A DNA stretch of 64,000 nucleotides, taken from IMG/VR virus record IMGVR_UViG_3300045988_141143, one strand, 5' to 3'. The translations under genes were made by a program, and so were the position numbers. This DNA is from a virus. The notes beneath the pieces are model-generated. The model was not told the DNA's origin. It worked only from the letters and a program-made list of their open reading frames with translations, and did not search any database. Positions within the stretch are counted from its first letter, which is position 1; each line of letters starts with the position of its first letter. This document shows, one piece after another, positions 9,214 through 18,884 of this stretch.

Positions 9214-10257
9214 TTATTTAGACACCTCACAAGTAAACGTGCCTCTCACTGCCACGTCAGCGTTGGACACCGTGACGTAAGGCTTGCTCGAAGCATTCAC
9301 CGCACTTGATGTACCGTTCCAGTTCGTGGCTACACCGCTGGCATTGTACTTCGTCCATTTGTAGATGTAGTTCGAGGCATGGTTGCTGTCTGCCTTCACC
9401 GCTGCACCATCCTCCACTACCTTGCCGTCTTTCCAGAGTCGGGCGTAAAGCTCCGTCGACTGCGAACCGTTCACTATCTTGTCGCCGGTCAGCGAATACA
9501 CCTCCACCACGTACGGGTCGCTCGCATCGAAGAACGTGATGATAGCGCTGGCCGTATCAGCACCGTCCTTCACCGTACAGCGGAAAGTCTGGAAGTTAAG
9601 CACGTCATTGGCGCTCACGTTCAGAGTGCTCACGCCGCCCGAAGTGCTCACGTTGCCCGAAGCCACGGCGTCCCATGTTCCTGCACTGATATTCAGCACC
9701 TCCCAAGTCATTGATGTCATGGTGGTGTCCTGCACGTTGCCACGGAAGAACTTGGCTATAGCACGCAGCTTATTGCTGTTGTTGGTCGAGTCGAACGTGT
9801 TGCCGTCGGGAGTCTCAATCTGCACCGTCTGAAGCGCACCGCCACTCTTAGCCAGCGAAATGGTCTTGTAGCCGATACACGTTGTCGTAGCCTTAGTTTC
9901 GGGGTCAGTATATTTGCACGACCACTCGATGTTCTTCACGCTGCCGTTCTTGTCGATGTTGCTGGCGAGGTTAAGCTGATACGACTTGCCGCTCACAGGA
10001 GTGGCAGCCACACCATCCAACTTCCACGACCATCCCGTACAAGCCGAGGTCGGAGCCTGGTCTGTAGCACTGCCCGTCACATATACACGGGCTGTTATCA
10101 CGTTTGGTTCACTCGACGAGTAGTTCGGAGTGTACACACCCGTGTCGGGGGTGTAAATCTGAGTCTCGCCCTTAGAGCATTGTGTAAAACACTGAACGGC
10201 CTTGCCGTCATTGAGGTCAACGATAGTAATCTGACCATTAGCTAATACTTTTGCCAT
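9214..10257 (-). CDS. Second tail fibre-like protein (347 aa) sharing the N-terminal anchor motif
   Basis: 'MAKVLANGQITIVDLNDGKA' versus 'MAVLLARGQITIAAIKDGAP' of the 880-aa fibre. Beta-rich, Ig-like composition. Confidence 0.5.
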   Translation of the reverse strand: MAKVLANGQITIVDLNDGKAVQCFTQCSKGETQIYTPDTGVYTPNYSSSEPNVITARVYVTGSATDQAPTSACTGWSWKLDGVAATPVSGKSYQLNLASNIDKNGSVKNIEWSCKYTDPETKATTTCIGYKTISLAKSGGALQTVQIETPDGNTFDSTNNSNKLRAIAKFFRGNVQDTTMTSMTWEVLNISAGTWDAVASGNVSTSGGVSTLNVSANDVLNFQTFRCTVKDGADTASAIITFFDASDPYVVEVYSLTGDKIVNGSQSTELYARLWKDGKVVEDGAAVKADSNHASNYIYKWTKYNASGVATNWNGTSSAVNASSKPYVTVSNADVAVRGTFTCEVSK

Positions 10258-10281
10258 AATCGTTTGTTTGTTTTAATATTA

Positions 10282-12597
10282 TTATATGTTACTATTAATA
10301 GTCTTTGTATCTGATACGCACACACTACATCCGAATTGTGCCTGTCTGTCTACGTCGTCACGTGTTATAAGACAGTTCCGGCCAATCCCCTCATGCAGCT
10401 TATTCCATACAGCATCATCTTCGGCATCAGCCGATTGTCGCCACCACGACCATGAGCTGTTGCCCACGGTGTCGCTTATGTCCTCGCCATTGCGTAGCAG
10501 CGTTGCCTTCAGCGTCATTTCGCCCGAACCGTTAATCATCACCGTGCCCGTATCGCTCGTTATCATTATCTGATAAGCCACGCCGTCCTCGCCCTTGTCT
10601 CCCTTCTCGCCTTTGCTTCCAGATAGAACTTTTTTCCATTGTGTCGAGCCGTCAGAAGGCTCACCTGTTACGTCCTCCTCTGAATTGGCAACACACACCC
10701 AAACGGCATTATTGTGATTTACTTGGTCGTTCTTATGATAGGTATTTCCTTCTACCCAGTCACCTCTATAATTGATGATATTAATAGTACTGCCGTCATC
10801 CGAAATCAATTCAAAGTGTGAGGAATTGATTTTCGTTCCACCCTTCGGTGAAGTCTCGAATACCGACAGAGATACTTCTTTGTTCTCGCCATTTACGCTT
10901 TTTGTGATAGTATGCTTGTACTCAGAGATATTAGCATAGCAAGCGATACGAGGAGCATAGTCGCCAGTTGTCTCAAGGATAATCACGTTCTGCCTGTCCG
11001 TCTTGTCGTACTCAAGATTGCCATTACGATGTCTGTTGCCGTCCAGCACGATTGTGTCGCCCTCAGCAGGGTCTCCCTTTATCTCAACAGGCGCATTCTT
11101 CTCTGTATATCCGTCTAAGCCTTCGGAATGCTTGCCAACGACAATCCAAGCAAACGCCTGACCATCGTACAATTCCACCTGTTCTTCTCTCGTCTGCTCC
11201 TTACCAGCTTCGTCAAGATAAGTCTCCGTTTTAGTGCCGTATATCTTCTCATTTTGCGTAGATACGCCACCATCAGGAATAGTACGCCAGTAACTCTTAT
11301 TACTTGTATCACTATATGCTCCACCAGCCACAATCTCGCCAATAGTCTGACAGCGCACTTGGTCGCCCTCCTGCCAGTAGTTCATCGTGGCAGTAGTTCC
11401 GTTGTCAGCTAAGAGATAGCATTTCCAGCCAGCGCATTCTGCATCATCCGCAGTTGTTTCTACCCAAGATATAACACCGTCAGCAGATACCGATTCCTTG
11501 ACAGGCACAACTTTGATAAGCTTGCTACCAGCTCCAGATAAATAGATGTTGCCTCCCGAATAAGACAGCTTGCGTACATCTAATTCGTGGAATATCGCCT
11601 TGCCCCAGATGGTGAGGTTCGTAACGAAGGCGTGATATTTTCCGTTATCCTTCTTAACAGCGAAACCCTGCTCTGCTTCGTTGTCGTAGTCGATGGACTG
11701 TAACGACTCAAAGATGGCACGTCCTGCCTCGTCTATCAACGCTCCTCCCTTACCAAAGTAAGCACCTCTGTTCAGCTTTACTAAAGCCTCGCTCACCAGT
11801 CCTTTGATAAAGGTAATCATGCCGTTTACCGTGTCATCATTCTCTTTGGATAAGAAATGGCGTACACCAAACTGCCCAAGGAACTCAGGAGTAACCACTT
11901 TGTTGGCTGACGTATCATCGGTGTTTTCTGTCGCTACGCCAACGATTTTATGTCCATTCAAGAAAAGGGTGGCGATAGTGGCTGTCGCTGCCTTGAGCGT
12001 AGTAAATGCTGCCACAGAGATGGTCTTCAGGAACTTGATGGTGTCGTGTACTGACTCATATCTCCACCACTGACCCTCGCCGCCGGAAGCTATCGCTTCG
12101 TCGGTGGCAAGAGAACCGTATTCCACAGTGAGAGTCCACTCACGATACTTTTCTATGATGTCCTGATCGTTCTCATCCTTACCTACATTTTTGGTCAGGA
12201 CCTCAGAGATTTCTCCTTGCAGATACACATAGTAATAGTCCTCGTTGCCCACCTGCTTGTCCGGAGATGCAATAGACTTACCGTAGATGTCAATGCGCTC
12301 GCTGGGGAATACCACCATTGCCGTACCGTTGACGCCATTGCTGACGCGCGGAATGGCTACGTAAACATACTTAGCCTTTGCATCAGGAAAGAGAGAGGGA
12401 TAAGCCACTAACGGCCAACGCTGATAGTTGTGCCCGGCATCGTAGCCCAGACCCTCAATGTCCTGCATATAGCATAGAATAGAAGCACCACTCGCCACGC
12501 TACACTGGATGTAGTTAGGCTCACCCATTGCGTTGAGTTGGATATAGAGCGCACTGCTCGAAATCCAATAATTCGTAATTTTGACTTCTGTTACCAT
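10282..12597 (-). CDS. Large tail/baseplate structural protein (771 aa)
   Basis: Position directly upstream of the fibres. No enzymatic motifs; Asp/Gly/Thr-rich. Confidence 0.4.
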   Translation of the reverse strand: MVTEVKITNYWISSSALYIQLNAMGEPNYIQCSVASGASILCYMQDIEGLGYDAGHNYQRWPLVAYPSLFPDAKAKYVYVAIPRVSNGVNGTAMVVFPSERIDIYGKSIASPDKQVGNEDYYYVYLQGEISEVLTKNVGKDENDQDIIEKYREWTLTVEYGSLATDEAIASGGEGQWWRYESVHDTIKFLKTISVAAFTTLKAATATIATLFLNGHKIVGVATENTDDTSANKVVTPEFLGQFGVRHFLSKENDDTVNGMITFIKGLVSEALVKLNRGAYFGKGGALIDEAGRAIFESLQSIDYDNEAEQGFAVKKDNGKYHAFVTNLTIWGKAIFHELDVRKLSYSGGNIYLSGAGSKLIKVVPVKESVSADGVISWVETTADDAECAGWKCYLLADNGTTATMNYWQEGDQVRCQTIGEIVAGGAYSDTSNKSYWRTIPDGGVSTQNEKIYGTKTETYLDEAGKEQTREEQVELYDGQAFAWIVVGKHSEGLDGYTEKNAPVEIKGDPAEGDTIVLDGNRHRNGNLEYDKTDRQNVIILETTGDYAPRIACYANISEYKHTITKSVNGENKEVSLSVFETSPKGGTKINSSHFELISDDGSTINIINYRGDWVEGNTYHKNDQVNHNNAVWVCVANSEEDVTGEPSDGSTQWKKVLSGSKGEKGDKGEDGVAYQIMITSDTGTVMINGSGEMTLKATLLRNGEDISDTVGNSSWSWWRQSADAEDDAVWNKLHEGIGRNCLITRDDVDRQAQFGCSVCVSDTKTINSNI

Positions 12598-12763
12598 GAT
12601 GATTTTTGATTATTTATTTTTAGATGTAGCAAAGTTACCGAAAACACTTTTCTTGATAGGGACAAAGCATGACGGGAGGGTGACACTTAGATACAAAAAA
12701 ACGAAGGACACAGCCCTAAAGCCGATGTCCTTTGCCAAACAAACTAAGAAAAAAAGTATTCTA

Positions 12764-13816
12764 TCAGAGTAGAAGTGAACCATTAATATCGATCACTACT
12801 TTAAACGACAAAGCATACATATTGGTGTTAGTGTCATCCTGGATAGTGGTCTCGTCTTCCAAAGTGATGGTGCATGGAATCCAAATGCCGTGCGATAGAA
12901 TCCATGCGTGTTCGCTCATGGCAAACTCGTGCAGATACCAGTCGAGCCAATTCTCGTCGAGTGGGTCAGTAGTGAGATTCCAAGTTTCTTGATCATTCTG
13001 TTTCTTGACCGACGCACGAGAGAAGGAGTTGAACGTCTCCTGCTTTGCCACAATATACGATTCTGTTGTAAGCGCCATCTTACGGCTGTTGGCTTTCGGC
13101 AGACTGACACTCTCAAGTACACCAAACAGATTGATGAAGCGTATGGTGTAACGGTTGCTCGCCTCTGTAGCAGGAAGCGCATAGAGTTGGTGAGTACCGA
13201 TGGTCTGTAGTCCTTCCTGCGTAATCTCCTTAGAGACAGACGTGGGAGGAACCAGGGTCGGACTGTTACTGAGCAGTTGTTCTGTCTCGTATGATGGAGT
13301 ATAAATAAAGGTGTCACCCACAACGACGGGTTGCGGCAATGTGTTCGGCTTTCGGGTAAACGAAACGACTCCCTTGCTGAGTCCAGACAGAAGGCGCACC
13401 ATATCAGAGAAAGCACCCGCTATGCTGCGAAGGTTCGTATTGCCGGTTTCGTCGGGGTTTTGAGGATAAAACACCTCGCCTACATTGGTATGTATCTCAC
13501 CATTGCTATCCATATATTCATCGTAGGCATGGACGTACCAGCTCACGAAAGGATAGGTTGTCGGCTCGGGAGTATATTCGTAGGAGTCGAGTGCCGCACG
13601 GAGAGCTGACGATACATCAAGCGATACATCAGTGCCCTCTTTGGTGACAGGCTCATTGAGTTGTATGACATCATAGCTGCCGTCATTGTCGAACATGACC
13701 TCTACGACGACACGATGAAAAGAAGGTGTATTATCTGGAACTGACGGCGAGATGGTAAAAGTAACCGGGTTGCCAGCAAGGATTGAACCAGATGTAAGTA
13801 AAATATTCTTTGCCAT
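12764..13816 (-). CDS. Hypothetical structural protein (350 aa)
   Basis: Intact ORF inside the structural operon, immediately downstream of the ACP gene. Confidence 0.4.
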   Translation of the reverse strand: MAKNILLTSGSILAGNPVTFTISPSVPDNTPSFHRVVVEVMFDNDGSYDVIQLNEPVTKEGTDVSLDVSSALRAALDSYEYTPEPTTYPFVSWYVHAYDEYMDSNGEIHTNVGEVFYPQNPDETGNTNLRSIAGAFSDMVRLLSGLSKGVVSFTRKPNTLPQPVVVGDTFIYTPSYETEQLLSNSPTLVPPTSVSKEITQEGLQTIGTHQLYALPATEASNRYTIRFINLFGVLESVSLPKANSRKMALTTESYIVAKQETFNSFSRASVKKQNDQETWNLTTDPLDENWLDWYLHEFAMSEHAWILSHGIWIPCTITLEDETTIQDDTNTNMYALSFKVVIDINGSLLL

Positions 13817-13879
13817 ATCTATAGATAAAACAGGAGATGAATGTATGTGCTGAGATTTTTCTTTTGGCTGCGAAAGTCG

Positions 13880-14128
13880 CTAAGACATTTTCTTCTCTAC
13901 GATAGCTGTCACATCAGACACAAGCTGTAAGTCTTTTGCCTCTTCTGGCGAAATCTTGATATGGAACATGGTTTCGGTCTGAAGAACGAGGTCGAGAAAG
14001 TCAATAGACTCAAGAGCAAGATCATCACGCAGGTTAGCGCTGTCGGTCACTTCTGCTGTCGATGCCCAAGGTGTGCGCAGGCCTTCAACGATATTGAACA
14101 CCCGCTGACGTATATCTTCTTTGTTCAT
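13880..14128 (-). CDS. Acyl carrier protein
   Basis: 82 aa, acidic. 'DDLALESIDFLDLV' matches the phosphopantetheine-attachment region (DSL to ESI). Start overlaps the KAS stop (ATGA). Confidence 0.6.
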   Translation of the reverse strand: MNKEDIRQRVFNIVEGLRTPWASTAEVTDSANLRDDLALESIDFLDLVLQTETMFHIKISPEEAKDLQLVSDVTAIVEKKMS

Positions 14129-15339
14129 GATGGTTGATATTTAGAGATGATGAATGATGAGTTGGTGCCTCCGAAGCCAAAGGCATTGCAGAGGATATGG
14201 TGTGCTGAGTACTCGCGTGACTGCATGACGAGATTGAGTTTGGGAAAAGCATTCTCGGCTGTGGTAGCCGCACCGAAGACAGTGTCTGTGTTGAGCATCA
14301 TGGATGCTTGAACGGCCTGCGATACACCAGCCATCCAGCACTCGTGCCCCGTCATGCCCTTGGTGGCTACGATATAAGGGCTCTCGGGGAATACCTTTCC
14401 GATGGCTTCTGCCTCTGCAGCATCGCCCAGCTCTGTACCTGTGGCATGGGCAAGGAGTACATCTATCATTCCTGCATCGAGTCCTGCCGATTCTATGGCC
14501 TTAATCATTGCCACTTCTTCCTGATAAGCATCCGGGGTACAGATGTTGGTGCCGTTGGTGGAGAAGCCGCAGCCGGAAAGTTCTGCCACGGGCGAGACTT
14601 CATAATCCTCGAAACGCAAGCTGTCGGAAGGCTCAAGAATGACACAGGCTGCACCACCCGAAGGAGCAAGACCATTGCGGCCTTTGCCGAAGGGCTGCAC
14701 CTTGTCGGGCGAGAAAACGCCCATGGCATCAAACGACAGCATGGAGAAGGGACCTGTCTCCTGTGCGCCAACGACAATCACCATGTCGGTTTGGCGCGTA
14801 TCAAGAAGCATCTTGGCAAGACCGATGGCATGACCTCCTCCGGCACAAGCCCCGCTGACGGTAAGCGAAAGTCCTTTCAGTCCGTAGATAGAGGCGAGAC
14901 TCATGCTGACGGTGGAATTGAGTGTACGGAACACTGCGCCTGCCCCTAAACGTCGGGTGTCGCGCTGTGTAATGGCAGTTGTCATTGCCTGATAGTTGTC
15001 TCCAGCCGTAGTGTCGTTGCTGACGATGACCGATACATTGTGAGACTGCAAGAACTCGGGAAGAATATTGGCTTCCATCAGAGCCTCGTTGACGGCAGAT
15101 AAGGAATATAGGGTCGGTTCGGAAAGACATTGCCGTTGAGCCCTGGTGAGTTCGGATAGCTTCCAAGGGTTCGGGTCATTTATCTTTCCGCACAGGTCGG
15201 ACTGATAACCTTTCTCGCTACGTGCGGGGTCGTGGTGAAGACCGCACTCTCCATACGCCAGCTTCTGTGCGACGGAAAAGGTATCGTTGCCAAGACAGGA
15301 AACGATACCTGTGCCTGTGATTAATATTTTTCTATCCAT
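14125..15339 (-). CDS. Beta-ketoacyl-ACP synthase (KAS I/II, FabF/FabB-like)
   Basis: Active-site Cys in 'VSGACAGGGHAIG'. His motifs 'LAHATGTELGD' and 'KGMTGHECWMAG'. C-terminal 'FGFGGTNSSFII'. Confidence 0.75.
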   Translation of the reverse strand: MDRKILITGTGIVSCLGNDTFSVAQKLAYGECGLHHDPARSEKGYQSDLCGKINDPNPWKLSELTRAQRQCLSEPTLYSLSAVNEALMEANILPEFLQSHNVSVIVSNDTTAGDNYQAMTTAITQRDTRRLGAGAVFRTLNSTVSMSLASIYGLKGLSLTVSGACAGGGHAIGLAKMLLDTRQTDMVIVVGAQETGPFSMLSFDAMGVFSPDKVQPFGKGRNGLAPSGGAACVILEPSDSLRFEDYEVSPVAELSGCGFSTNGTNICTPDAYQEEVAMIKAIESAGLDAGMIDVLLAHATGTELGDAAEAEAIGKVFPESPYIVATKGMTGHECWMAGVSQAVQASMMLNTDTVFGAATTAENAFPKLNLVMQSREYSAHHILCNAFGFGGTNSSFIISKYQPS

Positions 15340-15368
15340 GATTATGTTTGTTTGATTAAAGAATACTC

Positions 15369-18182
15369 TTACAAAGCATAGACGGTCAGTTCCACCTCTC
15401 CAATGCCTTCCTTAGCCGTGATAGTTGTATTCACCTTGTCGATAAGACATTTCACACCTCCGATGTTCCACCACGTCTTCCAATGGTTAGGTATGTCGGC
15501 TATCTGTGCGACAGAAGCCGAACAGCGGATGATGTACTTCTTGCGGTTAAGCAGAAAATAGGCGTAGGGCAAAATGAAGGTATCAAAAAGACCGCGTGAG
15601 CGTATCTTGGTTATCACGTTGCCTTTGGCATCCACCTCGTCGGGGTCGCAGAGAGAAACATCCTTGTATTCCGGCTTACTGAGCCATGACGGCTCTTTGA
15701 AAGCGCGTATCTTGAGCGAGAAGCGTTCACCTTTGCCTCTGCCTTCCTGCACACCATTGTAGTCGAATACATTGCCCATCATGTCAAGAGAGTCGCAAGC
15801 AAGAGCATACTCGCCTGCTGCCGTGCGCCACTTGGAAGTACCGAAGTGGTCATAGTTATAGTCATAGGGCTCTGTGGTTGCATTCGTACCGCCGCCTCGC
15901 ATCATGGCCAAGGCAAATCCCCATCGTGAATCGTCTTGAAGAGGCGAGTTGCCGTCTTCGGTGTTTGACGGGTCGTAACTCTCGACGAGTTTCAATGACT
16001 GCTGCATATAGAAGTCGCAGAAAGGCGAGGAGATGGTCTGGTTGATGATTTGCTCGACAAACTCATGTTCCATTTCCTCGTCGACATAGGCGCAGAGGAT
16101 GGGCTGTCCTTCCTTGATAACGACACCATAGGTTGTTGTCTTTGAATCATCATAGTACTTTGCCGTATGAGAGCCGTAAGCAGCCTCTATCTCCTTGAAA
16201 TAGTTGACATCGTTGAACGGCACGGGAGTGAAGTCGATGGTGATGTCGTGGATGAAGTCTTCATTCTCCTCGCTGCAATCACCATACTCCACACCCTTGT
16301 ACTGGCCTACCTCGAAAAGTACAGGTTTGAGGTCGGCTGTAGTAGTGGCGTCGCCATTCACCTTCACGCGATAGGCATTGCCCGTCTTGCGGTCGATGTA
16401 GCATCTTTTATCTCCAGAACTTAAATTATGAAAGAAGTCAACGTAATCTCGATCGTAAACCGTTTCGTTGTCTCCACTTCCCGGTTCGGGATAGTCGATA
16501 TAGTCGTAATCGGTGGCATAGCCCATATTTTTATTCTTGCGGCTGTCCTTGACGTTCTGCTGCTGATCCTTGGCATCGCTCTCTTCGGAGTATCGCATAC
16601 GTACACCCGTTATCTTCTCGCTGACGGGAATGATAGAATGAATGTCTGCGCGGAACGTGCGTGCTGGCTGTCCACTCTCGCGAAGCACGTCACGGATGAG
16701 GTAGGCCGTGACTTTCTTTTGCTCATAGTCGTAGGAGAACTTGATGCCGAAGGCGCTTTCCAAGGATGAGATAATCGTGCTGACACTCTCATCGGGGAAG
16801 TTGTCGCTGTTGGCCACCATATAGAGCACGTTGGCCTGCACGTTGAACTTAGAGATTTGCGCCTCGATGCTGATACCAGTCACCTTGCCGCCCTCTTTTG
16901 TCGTCTCTCCCACCTGTATGTGTTCGGAAGTCCCTTCGTTAGTGGTGAGGGTGAGCTCGTTGACCGTCTTGTCCTCTGCCTTTACGATGTTGATTTTTCC
17001 ACCACAACCGCGCGACTCCAACCAGGAGTTGATATGATCTTGCTTCTTGAAATATCCTTCCTTAATCTCGCCTTCCTTCTTTTTCTTGGCGATGACTTCG
17101 GGGTCGTCCTTCTTGTAGTATGTTCCGTGATGTGGATGCTCTTTGGTATCGTAGGCGCAAACGGTGGTGAAGAAACAGAGGTGCTTCATATCCTCTATCT
17201 GCATCAGTGCCGACTTGTCGAAGGTGACACCCAAGTGAGCAAACAGGCAGTCGAGAAAATAGAGTACATAGAAACAAATGCCCGACTGCGGACGGCGTGC
17301 GTCCAACACCCAATAGGGATAAAGATCTTCGTTAGTCCACTTGCAATCCTTTGTGCTGATAATGTCGCTCGATGTGGTGCCATCGTCTGCCAGTCCGTGG
17401 TGCTTGTAGCAGATACGGGCATTGCAATAGGCTGCGGGACGGCCTGCGCCATCAGTCTCGCCATAGGCTGCCGATGTGTTGATATAGTCGCCATTCTTGG
17501 CGATGGCGGGCTCGTTGACTGAATTTCCGTTGGGGTAGGATCGTGACGACTTTCTCTTGGCATCGGCCTTCATGTGTAAAGGATAAAGGATATTGGTGGT
17601 GTACTCCTGGCACGATGCAGGATAGGAGAAGCCAAGAGCCTGCGGTTCGAGCACTTTACTTACACTTACGTGCTCAGCATGAATGGTTCGGGTGACAGTC
17701 TCGTCATCCTTATGCTTTCCTCCCTCCACAAATACACTGACATTTACAACAGGGTCGCTCTCGATGTCTACCATTACATTGCCTATCTTCTCGCCGATGA
17801 TCAGTTCATCCTTGATGGGGATGTCACGACAGTTGAGCGATCCGATGAGGTCGCTGAAACTCTGTCTGCCTGCATTAATACTCATAGAGAGCGAGTCTTT
17901 TATCTCTTCAGCATCCTGCATGACGAGCGTACCGTTGCGGAAGGGCAGTCCGTCGGCATGAATGCGCGTAGGCAAATGCTCCATGTTGACAGCACGAAAC
18001 GATGCCCGCACGTCATCGATGTTCTTTACCAGCCATCGGTTGCCGTCGAGCGGAATGGAAAACGGATAGGCGAACATCTCGTTATCATTGAACACAGGGT
18101 TTTGGTCCTCTATGTCGATAGAGAAATCATCGGGCAGCGACACAGGGCGGTCGTTGATAAGTATGGTGAGATGTGAGTTCAT
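15369..18182 (-). CDS. Large virion/baseplate protein (937 aa)
   Basis: Intact 2.8-kb ORF upstream of KAS. No recognised motif. Coupled (ATGA overlap) to ORF 18179..18847. Confidence 0.4.
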   Translation of the reverse strand: MNSHLTILINDRPVSLPDDFSIDIEDQNPVFNDNEMFAYPFSIPLDGNRWLVKNIDDVRASFRAVNMEHLPTRIHADGLPFRNGTLVMQDAEEIKDSLSMSINAGRQSFSDLIGSLNCRDIPIKDELIIGEKIGNVMVDIESDPVVNVSVFVEGGKHKDDETVTRTIHAEHVSVSKVLEPQALGFSYPASCQEYTTNILYPLHMKADAKRKSSRSYPNGNSVNEPAIAKNGDYINTSAAYGETDGAGRPAAYCNARICYKHHGLADDGTTSSDIISTKDCKWTNEDLYPYWVLDARRPQSGICFYVLYFLDCLFAHLGVTFDKSALMQIEDMKHLCFFTTVCAYDTKEHPHHGTYYKKDDPEVIAKKKKEGEIKEGYFKKQDHINSWLESRGCGGKINIVKAEDKTVNELTLTTNEGTSEHIQVGETTKEGGKVTGISIEAQISKFNVQANVLYMVANSDNFPDESVSTIISSLESAFGIKFSYDYEQKKVTAYLIRDVLRESGQPARTFRADIHSIIPVSEKITGVRMRYSEESDAKDQQQNVKDSRKNKNMGYATDYDYIDYPEPGSGDNETVYDRDYVDFFHNLSSGDKRCYIDRKTGNAYRVKVNGDATTTADLKPVLFEVGQYKGVEYGDCSEENEDFIHDITIDFTPVPFNDVNYFKEIEAAYGSHTAKYYDDSKTTTYGVVIKEGQPILCAYVDEEMEHEFVEQIINQTISSPFCDFYMQQSLKLVESYDPSNTEDGNSPLQDDSRWGFALAMMRGGGTNATTEPYDYNYDHFGTSKWRTAAGEYALACDSLDMMGNVFDYNGVQEGRGKGERFSLKIRAFKEPSWLSKPEYKDVSLCDPDEVDAKGNVITKIRSRGLFDTFILPYAYFLLNRKKYIIRCSASVAQIADIPNHWKTWWNIGGVKCLIDKVNTTITAKEGIGEVELTVYAL

Positions 18183-18847
18183 TGTTTCTTGATATTTACT
18201 TGAGCGTTGTCGTATATAGAGATAAACTGACGGGTGAAGGAGTTGACGACGGCATTACCGAAAGCGTAGACAGCTCTGTGGCCATGGTCGGTGAGTGTGC
18301 CTGCCGTGATGTTGACCACCGACATGTCATAACACTCGGCAGAGGCATTGGTGGTCAGTCGGGACTGGTTGCGTGCCACGGCGTGACCTTCCTTGACGGT
18401 GGCCCGTGAGAAGTCGCGCAACTCTACATGGCAGTCGGGATTCATAACCAGGGCAGAGGCGATGTTGTGCAGCACGACACGGGCGTTGCCCAGGATATAG
18501 GCCGTGTGGGCATGATAGAGGTGGATGGTCTCTGTGCTGTCGCCGATGAGCACATTGCCCGTAGGCGAGTCCTCGTTGTAGAAGATGCCGGCAGCATTTA
18601 TCTCACTCTTATAGTCAGGATAGAAGTCCCGAAAAGCTGCCATGACCTGCTGTGGCACCTCGGTTATCATGCCGTGCCAATACTTGTGCCAGGCCGCGCA
18701 CATCTGCTGTATGCTCTCCGTGCCACGGAAGGCGAGTTGCGACTCCTGGCAGTTGCCGCTCTGGGCAAGAATGGCGATACACAATGCCTTAAACTTTTCG
18801 GACTTCTCCATATTCTGACTCTTCTCTATTATCGAATTTCCAGTCAT
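18179..18847 (-). CDS. Hypothetical phage protein (222 aa)
   Basis: Intact ORF. Its stop overlaps the 937-aa gene start. Confidence 0.4.
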   Translation of the reverse strand: MTGNSIIEKSQNMEKSEKFKALCIAILAQSGNCQESQLAFRGTESIQQMCAAWHKYWHGMITEVPQQVMAAFRDFYPDYKSEINAAGIFYNEDSPTGNVLIGDSTETIHLYHAHTAYILGNARVVLHNIASALVMNPDCHVELRDFSRATVKEGHAVARNQSRLTTNASAECYDMSVVNITAGTLTDHGHRAVYAFGNAVVNSFTRQFISIYDNAQVNIKKQ

Positions 18848-18884
18848 TTCTGACTAAAATAAGCACTAAACACAAAACGACATC

